Virus record (IMG/VR): IMGVR_UViG_2529293065_000012
DNA: 26,750 nt
Origin: a virus
Taxonomy: Duplodnaviria; Heunggongvirae; Uroviricota; Caudoviricetes
Reading direction: 5' to 3' (one strand)
In this document: piece by piece, positions 5,139 through 11,413 of the stretch
Layout of the letters: each line of letters begins with the position of its first letter
Numbering within the stretch: position 1 is the first letter of the stretch
The notes under the pieces: generated by a model
Seen by the model: the letters and a program-made list of their open reading frames with translations, nothing else
Told to the model about the DNA's origin: nothing
The model's database searches: none
Position numbers and translations under genes: made by a program

Positions 5139-7946
5139 ATGACGGCAGAGTACATCAGGGACTGGCAACAACCGCGCCACGCAGTGGGGCGTGAAGGAAC
5201 GGGGATCCCCGCTCCTGAATCCGCGCTTTCCTCCTGGCTGGATGCCTACCGGGTAGAGAACGAGCGCTGCCAGGAAATGGCTGATGCGGCGTTCTCCGCA
5301 ACGCCGCTGGGCAACCTGATTAATAAAAGCCTGGACGCACAGGAAAAACAGGACAAAACCATCACACTGGCAGGAGACGCCAGAAAACAGGCACGCGGCG
5401 CGGTGGATGAAGCCATGGCTTCGCTGCGCCTGCTGCCGTCCTATCTGCGCGATCCGCTTATTCGCCCCCTCTCCTTCCTGCGCAAAAAACAGGAAGCCGA
5501 TCGTCAGAAAGGCAAAAAGAGCTGGCAGGCTGAACGCTACGCGCGCGGAAACCTGCGCAAAATATTCGAACGTCTGGAGCGCACCGATCACCGCTGGCTG
5601 ACACAGGGTTATCGCTCCCTTGCCGGACGCGAACGCCTGGATGATTTGCTTTACCTGCCGCAGCTCAACCAGCACCAGATACAGACGCTGGCCACCATGA
5701 CGGCGGCGATGTTCAGCAGCACCTTCGAAAAACTCTGCGATGGCTTTGGCGCGACCGATGGCGAACTGACCATGGATGTAACGCTGAAGGCGTATCAGAT
5801 GCTGGCCCGCATGGGGTTACACCTGCACGCCATGCCGCCACATTACGAAGCTCTGAACAAGAGCGATCCGGATACGGAACTGTTACCGGGCGCAATCCTT
5901 CGCCTGACCTGTGCGGAATGGTGGAAACGCAAACTGTGGCTGTTACGTTGCGAGTGGCGGGAAGAACAACTCCGCGCCGCCTGTCTGGTTTCCAGAAAAA
6001 CATCGCCCTATCTGAGCCAGGACGCGTTAAGCGAGTTTCGCGCACAGCGCGAGAAAACACGCGATTTCCTGAAAAGTTTCATGCTGGAAAACGAAGACGG
6101 GTTCACGATTGATCTCGAGACAGTGTATTACGCGGGAGTAAGTAACCCGGTTCACCGTAAGGCAGAAATGATGGCCACCATGAAGGGGCTGGAACTTCTG
6201 GCCGAAGCCCGTGGCGACAAAGCGGTGTTTCTGACCATCACCTGCCCGTCAAAATACCACGCCACAACAGAGAACGGTCATCCGAATCCCAAATGGAACG
6301 GGGCCACCATGCGCGACTCCAGCGATTACCTGGTTAACACGTTTTTTGCGGCGGTCCGCAAGAAACTGAACCGCGACGGCCTGCGCTGGTATGGCATCCG
6401 CACGGTGGAGCCTCACCATGACGGCACCGTGCACTGGCATATGATGGTCTTTGCTCATCCGGAAGAAATCGACACCATTGTGTCCCACACCCGCGATATT
6501 GCCATTCAGGAAGATCGTCACGAGCTGGGTGATGATATTACCCCACGCTTTAAGGCGGAGTACGTCGACGGCTCAAAAGGCACGCCAACCAGCTACATCG
6601 CCACCTACATCGGAAAGAACCTGGACAGCCGCGCCGTAGATGGCATCGACCCGAAAACGGGCAAGCCACGCGTTGACCACGAAACCGGAAAATCAATGGC
6701 CGAGAGCGTGGAACGCGCCATCGGCTGGGCGCGCCTTCACCGTGTCCGCCAGTTCCAGTTCTTTGGTATCCCCTCCCGTCAGGTGTGGCGTGAACTCCGC
6801 CGCCTTGCCAGCCAGATGGCACGCAACCCGGAAGGCCCGCAACGGCTGAAGGATGACGCAATGGATGCGGTACTCGCTGCCGCTGATGCCGGATGTTTTG
6901 CCACCTACATAGAGAAACAGGGCGGCGTACTTGTTCCACGCCAAGACTACCTGATTCGCACCGCCTACGACCTCGCAGATGAGCTGAACGATTACGGCGA
7001 ACAGAGCGTACAGATTTACGGGATCTGGTCGCCGCTCATCGGGGAGTCTTCCCGCGTATGCACGCATCCGGATAACTGGAAGCTGGTAAGACGCAAACCG
7101 GAAGCGGAAGACAGCTCCCACGAAAATGGTTTTGACCTTCAGGGCGGCCCTGCCGCCCCTTGGACTCGTGGCAATAACTGTCCCCGTGTACAGGAAACGG
7201 ACAACAACGGGACAGAACAGCCGGAAGAACGGCCAGCACCGTGGCCGCAGCTTCCTGACGGCGTTGACGTGAATGAATGGATGCGCTCACTGAAACGGCA
7301 CGAACGCCGGGCGCTGATGCGTTCGCTGCGTGACAAACAGGCAAAAAACAGCAGTGATGAAATGCAGAACTGGACACAGAGCCGCAAACAGCCACAGCCT
7401 TTGCCTGATAACCACGAGTTACTCGCTAAAGAATGGCGGGAGTCTGCTGAATCTCTCGGCCTGCATATCGGTGAACAGCAGATGCAGCACCTGTTACGGG
7501 GCGGCAGTCTGTACGTTGACGGCAGCATCATTGCACCGCAGGGATTTGAAATTGTACGCAAACCGGATACCCGCCCGGACAGCCGAATCACGCAGCTCTG
7601 GCAACGCCTGAGTCGTAATCACGGCGTAAGCAGCACGGAGATCCGCCATAACCCGGTCGCCAGCTATCTGGAACAACTAGAGGCATCAGACCCTGAAGCC
7701 GCCGCACGCCTGGCATCCACACTTCAGCAAGACCAGAACACCATGAAAACACCAGTTACCGTACTTTCTGACATGCTGCGCGCCATCCGCGACGCAGAGC
7801 ACGCACAGAGAATCAGTGAAACCACTGAACGCGCCCGCCGCAAAGCAGACCTGCTGCGGGGTGGCCTGAGCAGTGGAAACAAAAAACAGACAAAAACGGG
7901 ATTCACAAATCCCGTAAATGAGCAAAAAACGCGCCGCGATATATGA
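5139..7946 (+). CDS. A: Rolling-circle replication initiation endonuclease (P2 gpA family), 935 aa with a long C-terminal tail
   Basis: FLTITCPSKYH, VEPHHDGTVHWHMMVF (HUH-type metal motif) and YIATYIGKN (paired catalytic Tyr) parallel P2 A FITLTCPSKYH, VEPHHDGTPHWHMMLF and YIAKYISKN. The start codon is uncertain because the SD is weak. Confidence 0.9.
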   Translation: MTAEYIRDWQQPRHAVGREGTGIPAPESALSSWLDAYRVENERCQEMADAAFSATPLGNLINKSLDAQEKQDKTITLAGDARKQARGAVDEAMASLRLLPSYLRDPLIRPLSFLRKKQEADRQKGKKSWQAERYARGNLRKIFERLERTDHRWLTQGYRSLAGRERLDDLLYLPQLNQHQIQTLATMTAAMFSSTFEKLCDGFGATDGELTMDVTLKAYQMLARMGLHLHAMPPHYEALNKSDPDTELLPGAILRLTCAEWWKRKLWLLRCEWREEQLRAACLVSRKTSPYLSQDALSEFRAQREKTRDFLKSFMLENEDGFTIDLETVYYAGVSNPVHRKAEMMATMKGLELLAEARGDKAVFLTITCPSKYHATTENGHPNPKWNGATMRDSSDYLVNTFFAAVRKKLNRDGLRWYGIRTVEPHHDGTVHWHMMVFAHPEEIDTIVSHTRDIAIQEDRHELGDDITPRFKAEYVDGSKGTPTSYIATYIGKNLDSRAVDGIDPKTGKPRVDHETGKSMAESVERAIGWARLHRVRQFQFFGIPSRQVWRELRRLASQMARNPEGPQRLKDDAMDAVLAAADAGCFATYIEKQGGVLVPRQDYLIRTAYDLADELNDYGEQSVQIYGIWSPLIGESSRVCTHPDNWKLVRRKPEAEDSSHENGFDLQGGPAAPWTRGNNCPRVQETDNNGTEQPEERPAPWPQLPDGVDVNEWMRSLKRHERRALMRSLRDKQAKNSSDEMQNWTQSRKQPQPLPDNHELLAKEWRESAESLGLHIGEQQMQHLLRGGSLYVDGSIIAPQGFEIVRKPDTRPDSRITQLWQRLSRNHGVSSTEIRHNPVASYLEQLEASDPEAAARLASTLQQDQNTMKTPVTVLSDMLRAIRDAEHAQRISETTERARRKADLLRGGLSSGNKKQTKTGFTNPVNEQKTRRDI
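7892..7919. repeat. Copy 1 of a 28-bp direct repeat containing the 20-bp palindrome ACGGGATT-CACA-AATCCCGT
   Basis: The palindrome lies at 7896-7915, inside the last codons of A. It is repeated 73 bp downstream. Confidence 0.8.
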
Positions 7947-7964
7947 AGCGCGCACAAAACAGGC

Positions 7965-7992
7965 GAAAACGGGATTTAAAAATCCCGTAAAC
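7965..7992. promoter_or_regulatory. Copy 2 of the palindrome (ACGGGATT-TAAA-AATCCCGT); candidate parC / ParR operator upstream of parM
   Basis: The palindrome lies at 7969-7988, about 35 bp upstream of the parM ATG. It overlaps a -35-like TTTAAA (7975-7980) that is followed by an AT-rich -10-like region. Confidence 0.4.
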
Positions 7993-8022
7993 GATTAATT
8001 AATCAACATAAGGAAAAGCTAC

Positions 8023-8982
8023 ATGAAAATTTGTATCGACGACGGCTCCACCAACATCAAGCTGGCATGGACTGAGAACGGCGAATGCCGCAACGCCATC
8101 AGCCCGAACAGCTTCAAGTCGGAATGGTCTGCGCCGTTCGGTGTCACGCAGCCCGCGAACTACATGCTTGATGGCGTGCGCTATGGTTTTGATCCGGTCA
8201 GCGATCGCTTTGTCCAGACGACCGACACGCAATACCAGTACAGCGATGTGAATGTCATTGCCATTCATCACGCGCTGGTCAAATCAGGCATCACGCCACA
8301 GGAAGTGGATGTGGTTGTCACCCTGCCACTGAGCGAGTATTTCGACACAAACGCACAGCCGGATATGACCAACATCAACCGCAAAAAAGCGAACGTCATG
8401 CGCCCGGTGGAGTACCAGAACGGTGAGGCATTCACTATCCGTAACGTGCGGGTTATGCCTGAATCCATTCCGGCTGGCTTTAAGGCACTGGCTAACATGA
8501 GTCCGTTTGAATCCCTGCTGATTGTGGATTTAGGCGGAACCACGCTGGATGTGGCAAAGGTTCAGGGGCAACTGGCAGGTATCAGCCAGGTGTTTTGCGA
8601 TCCACACGTAGGCGTTTCTCTGATGGCCGATGCCGTACTGTCGGTGATGGCCACTAACGGTATGCGCACCAGTCACCACATCGCCAATACCATTATCGAA
8701 CATCGCCATGATGAAGCCTGGCTGCGCCAGCACATCCACAATGACGCGCATTACGCCAGCCTGATGGCGGTTATTCGTGAAAAGGAAGAAACACTGAAAC
8801 AACGCGTGATCCGCGCGCTGGCGGTTTTTTCGGGTTACGGGCGGGTGATGGTTGTCGGTGGCGGGGCGGAGATTGTGGCACCCGCTATCCGCGAAGCCTG
8901 CGGAGTTAATGCGACTTTCATCGCGGACGGGGTGCCACAGTTTGCTCTGGTTAATGGGCTGTACGCAATGGACAAGGAGTAA
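8023..8982 (+). CDS. parM: ParM/StbA actin-like plasmid segregation ATPase (319 aa)
   Basis: Colinear by eye with R1 ParM along the whole length: IDDGSTNIKL, ISPNSFK.EW, QYSDVNV.A.HHAL, RKKAN, VMPESIPAG, DSLLI.DLGGTTLD, GISK/Q, GVSL, FSGY..VMV.GGGAE, LVNG.Y. Confidence 0.9.
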   Translation: MKICIDDGSTNIKLAWTENGECRNAISPNSFKSEWSAPFGVTQPANYMLDGVRYGFDPVSDRFVQTTDTQYQYSDVNVIAIHHALVKSGITPQEVDVVVTLPLSEYFDTNAQPDMTNINRKKANVMRPVEYQNGEAFTIRNVRVMPESIPAGFKALANMSPFESLLIVDLGGTTLDVAKVQGQLAGISQVFCDPHVGVSLMADAVLSVMATNGMRTSHHIANTIIEHRHDEAWLRQHIHNDAHYASLMAVIREKEETLKQRVIRALAVFSGYGRVMVVGGGAEIVAPAIREACGVNATFIADGVPQFALVNGLYAMDKE

Positions 8983-8986
8983 ACCA

Positions 8987-9301
8987 ATGACGACATCAAC
9001 CAGACGGATAAGTTTCTATCTGAAGCCAGACGCCGTCAAGAGTGAACAAGAGGCGTGCAATTACCTCGATAGCCTGCCAGCCTCCGAACGCAGCCGCGCG
9101 CAACGCGCGGCCTTTCTGGCCGGACTGGCACTCATAAAACGCAACCCAGCATTTGCCTACTGGATGGCCGAATGGCCAGAGGATAACCTCCCCTTCAATA
9201 CCATTAGCACCAAGGAAACATACCAAGATAATCCGCCTAGCGGAATTGAATGCAATTTTTATAAAATAAAAAAGAATATTCAGACCTTATTCCCTGAATA
9301 A
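8987..9301 (+). CDS. parR: ParR/StbB-like centromere-binding adaptor (104 aa)
   Basis: RRISFYLKPD...LDSLPASERSRAQRAAFLAGLAL parallels R1 ParR RRTIAFKLNPD...LDSIPQGERSRLNRAALTAGLAL. The start was taken at the ATG at 8987, 5 nt after the parM stop, rather than the track start at 8852, which overlaps parM. Confidence 0.75.
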   Translation: MTTSTRRISFYLKPDAVKSEQEACNYLDSLPASERSRAQRAAFLAGLALIKRNPAFAYWMAEWPEDNLPFNTISTKETYQDNPPSGIECNFYKIKKNIQTLFPE

Positions 9302-9350
9302 TCTGATAATTGAATTTGAACTAATAAAACACATACCAACACATCATTCT

Positions 9351-9373
9351 GGCACCCTTGCTAACAGGGTGCC
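9351..9373. terminator. Hairpin between the convergent parR and 280-aa genes (no clear U-tract)
   Basis: GGCACCC (9351-9357) pairs with GGGTGCC (9367-9373) around a 9-nt loop. It sits between two converging stop codons. Confidence 0.35.
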
Positions 9374-9385
9374 AATGATTTCAAA

Positions 9386-10228
9386 TCATGATGAAATTGC
9401 CGAAGTTTTTTTATCGTGCTGAAGTACCGCAAATGCCATCAAAACCTCAAGAGAATAGCGGCGATAATACTTAACAAAACCATAATAAAATACTCGAGAT
9501 GCAGCAAGAAAAAACAAGAAAAGAGGACCAAAAGGTAACAATCTGATATTTATATCTATTAAGTAAGATAGAGGGGCTAGACACATAATCAACCAGACTG
9601 AGGCGAGAAAAACGAATGTAATGTTTCTACAAAAACCATATAGAGCAACATAGTTTTGTATTTTCAACTGATGATTTTTCGAATGTTCATACACATAATG
9701 ATAAGCAAGACGAAAAAGATCTCCCCTCAACCCTTTGCGTCGATACAACGTAGAAACAGAAAAATTATTTATATAGCCATTTCGTATTTGCGGCCAAAAG
9801 GCCTTAATAAGTATAGGATGTAGTGTGGTTTTATGACACTCAGCTTTATCAAGAATTGATACAGGAAACAAAAAAACTCTACGAATAAAATTAAATATCT
9901 GGAATCCTGTACCACGGCGTTTTATTTTCAGGGGGTTTTTCGGGGAAAACAGATAAGTCGAAGGATATCCAAGCTTACTGTTCATGTATTTTTCAATTAA
10001 ACAGGATGATAGAATAGATATGAAGTGACCTAAAATATATGATAGAACGATCAATGTCACATACATAAACACACTTATTATTTCTTTATATTTCAAGATG
10101 TGGTTTAGAATACTCTCGACATAACCAGGGTTAATTTCAATAGAAAACAAAAAAAGGATAAACAGGAATAATCCACCTGGAATTAGATACCCCAAAAAGT
10201 CATAAAATGAAAACGGATTCTGTGTCAC
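9386..10228 (-). CDS. Unknown polytopic membrane protein, about 4 TM helices with a central soluble region of about 120 aa (280 aa)
   Basis: A GTG start at 10228 is preceded by an AGGGGGAA SD. Hydrophobic segments are FLGYLIPGGLFLFILFLFSI, IISVFMYVTLIVLSYILGHFISIL, ITFVFLASVWLIMCLAPLSYLI and LLPFGPLFLFFLAASRVFYYGF. The region is AT-rich (19/60 G+C hand-counted at 9601-9660). No family was recognised. Confidence 0.75.
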   Translation of the reverse strand: MTQNPFSFYDFLGYLIPGGLFLFILFLFSIEINPGYVESILNHILKYKEIISVFMYVTLIVLSYILGHFISILSSCLIEKYMNSKLGYPSTYLFSPKNPLKIKRRGTGFQIFNFIRRVFLFPVSILDKAECHKTTLHPILIKAFWPQIRNGYINNFSVSTLYRRKGLRGDLFRLAYHYVYEHSKNHQLKIQNYVALYGFCRNITFVFLASVWLIMCLAPLSYLIDINIRLLPFGPLFLFFLAASRVFYYGFVKYYRRYSLEVLMAFAVLQHDKKTSAISS

Positions 10229-10267
10229 ACTTCCCCCTGTGCTACTTGTAAATTAAAGAGTCAAACA

Positions 10268-10765
10268 TTATTTGTTTTTCCGTAAAGGATTAGCTTTCCA
10301 TCTTCTTACTAACCATTCGAATTCTTGATATGTAGTATCCGAATTAATGCTTTCTCTGATTGCTTTAATTAATGGCTCGGCAATATCATATGTCTCTACA
10401 ACTGTTGTGTAAGATGTTCTTTTTATCATTTTTTCATCATAAATACCTTCACGAATACTTACAGCAACTCGCTCGTAAAAATTTAAAATATATTGAAATT
10501 TTCGACGCTCGGCCATTTCCTCATCTGTTATTGTACAACCATCACAAGGAAAAACATAAGAACGAAATGATTTGCCTGAACGATGCACTTGTTTCAGGGT
10601 ATGCAATGACTCTATATATTGCATATCTTGCCGACTCTCAAAAAGAAAGTTAGCCGTTTGAGTTTTCTTTGCGGTACGCACATTGTAGATAATGGTTCCA
10701 ATGGCAACCAAAACGCCAAGCAGAACAATAGCATTGCTGATGATTTGTAGTGTTATTGGGTTCAT
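10268..10765 (-). CDS. Unknown N-terminally anchored protein, 1 TM plus a helical domain, possibly DUF4760-like (165 aa)
   Basis: The N-terminal helix is ITLQIISNAIVLLGVLVAIGTIIYNV. The core ILNFYERVAVSIREGIYDEKMIK resembles what I remember of DUF4760, but this is unverified. It is the first gene of an AT-rich two-gene operon, 39 nt upstream of the 280-aa gene. Confidence 0.75.
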   Translation of the reverse strand: MNPITLQIISNAIVLLGVLVAIGTIIYNVRTAKKTQTANFLFESRQDMQYIESLHTLKQVHRSGKSFRSYVFPCDGCTITDEEMAERRKFQYILNFYERVAVSIREGIYDEKMIKRTSYTTVVETYDIAEPLIKAIRESINSDTTYQEFEWLVRRWKANPLRKNK

Positions 10766-10778
10766 CCTATTTCATCCA

Positions 10779-10807
10779 TAAAAAAGGCGGGGAGCAAATC
10801 CCCGCCT
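10779..10807 (-). terminator. Canonical intrinsic terminator on the minus strand, 14 nt upstream of the 165-aa gene start
   Basis: The minus strand reads AGGCGGGGA-TTTGC-TCCCCGCCT followed by TTTTTAT. This is a 9-bp GC-rich stem, a 5-nt loop and a U-run. No U-run occurs in the plus orientation. Confidence 0.7.
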
Positions 10808-10826
10808 CATTAGAGGTCAACGTAGC

Positions 10827-10862
10827 TTAGAAACCATCAAATTCATCATACATTTTTTTCAT
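10827..10862 (-). CDS. Candidate 11-codon leader ORF (MKKMYDEFDGF)
   Basis: The minus strand reads GAGGGGG-TTGAT-ATG, a strong SD with a 5-nt spacer. The stop lies 19 nt before the terminator stem. It is too short to judge from coding statistics. Confidence 0.3.
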   Translation of the reverse strand: MKKMYDEFDGF

Positions 10863-10885
10863 ATCAACCCCCTCATAGAAATCAT

Positions 10886-10902
10886 AACCACGTTTTGTGG
10901 TT
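10886..10902 (-). other. Small leader hairpin (AACCAC / GTGGTT) between the candidate promoter and the leader ORF
   Basis: A 6-bp stem with a 5-nt loop, seen directly in the sequence. Confidence 0.4.
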
Positions 10903-10914
10903 TTTGTGACGCAT

Positions 10915-10943
10915 AAACTACATCAAAGGCAAGCCACGGTCAA
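10915..10943 (-). promoter_or_regulatory. Sigma70-like promoter candidate for the cargo operon (TTGACC-17 nt-TAGTTT)
   Basis: On the minus strand the -35 TTGACC lies at 10943-10938 and the -10 TAGTTT at 10920-10915, with an exact 17-nt spacer. The predicted TSS is near 10908, about 128 nt upstream of the terminator U-run. Confidence 0.4.
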
Positions 10944-10962
10944 ATATATAGGCATGCTTACC

Positions 10963-10989
10963 TGCACAAAAGTGCACAAATTTGCACAA
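10963..10989. repeat. Three TGCACAA motifs with exact 10-bp phasing
   Basis: TGCACAA occurs at 10963-10969, 10973-10979 and 10983-10989 (minus strand TTGTGCA x3). The repeats lie between the cargo promoter candidate and the cos candidate. Confidence 0.6.
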
Positions 10990-11020
10990 TTTTTTTGAAC
11001 GACTTTTTGCCCTTCCGGCC

Positions 11021-11039
11021 CGCGTGGCGGCTGGAGCCG
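11021..11039 (+). other. Candidate cos cohesive-end core
   Basis: CGCGTGGCGGCTGGAGCCG partly matches the remembered 19-nt cohesive ends of 186 (GGCGTGGCGGGGAAAGCAT) and P2 (GGCGAGGCGGGGAAAGCAC), sharing the GCGTGGCGG core. Its position and orientation relative to Q are as in P2. Confidence 0.3.
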
Positions 11040-11059
11040 TCAAGGATCCGTGCATGCAC

Positions 11060-11083
11060 AAAAAAACGCGCTTTTTCTGCGCG
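11060..11083 (-). terminator. Minus-strand terminator-like hairpin with a T7 run downstream of Q
   Basis: The minus strand reads GCGCG-AGAAAAA-CGCGC followed by TTTTTTT. The stem is a short 5 bp, all G-C. Confidence 0.4.
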
Positions 11084-11362
11084 CAGGTGACGGGGGAACA
11101 GCCCGCGTTTCAGGGGGTAAATAGCATCCCCTGAACGATGTCGCAGCGACACAACAGAATGGCTGTATTTCTCACGCTGAGCGTGAAGAATACGTGAGGG
11201 ATTCTGATTTGATGGGGTGAAAGGTAAGGCCGTCAAAATCGCACTGAGGCGGCGAGAACATGCAGTCAACGCGGTGGGATTGCGTAAGAGTCTGACCGTC
11301 GATGGTGGCGATAAACTGGAAGGCGTCGTGAAATTATCTGACTGATACAGGAGCTGGAGAGT

Positions 11363-11387
11363 CGGGGCATAAATTTTTTATGCCCCG
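11363..11387 (-). terminator. Hairpin 26 nt downstream of the Q stop
   Basis: CGGGGCATAAA / TTTATGCCCCG form palindromic 11-nt arms. No separate U-tract follows on the minus strand. Confidence 0.4.
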
Positions 11388-11413
11388 GCGAAGCAGCAGA
11401 CAAGCGAAGCGCG

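Noticed and set aside
4602-5675. 357-aa minus-strand ORF
   Set aside because: It is antisense to the 121-aa ORF and to the well-supported gpA N-terminus. It is a typical shadow ORF of GC-rich coding DNA and matches no recognisable family.
8852-8986. Long (149-aa) version of the parR-like ORF
   Set aside because: The first 45 codons overlap the 3' end of parM in another frame. Homology to ParR begins right after the ATG at 8987.
10785-10807. Reading the hairpin as a plus-strand terminator for an upstream plus-strand gene
   Set aside because: On the plus strand the stem is preceded by the A-run, not followed by a T-run, and no plus-strand gene ends nearby. The orientation fits only the minus strand.
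10958-11269. 103-aa minus-strand ORF in the cos region
   Set aside because: It crosses the candidate cos core, several hairpins and a terminator-like element. The sequence is not protein-like (R/S/H-rich) and has no SD. It is probably non-coding.
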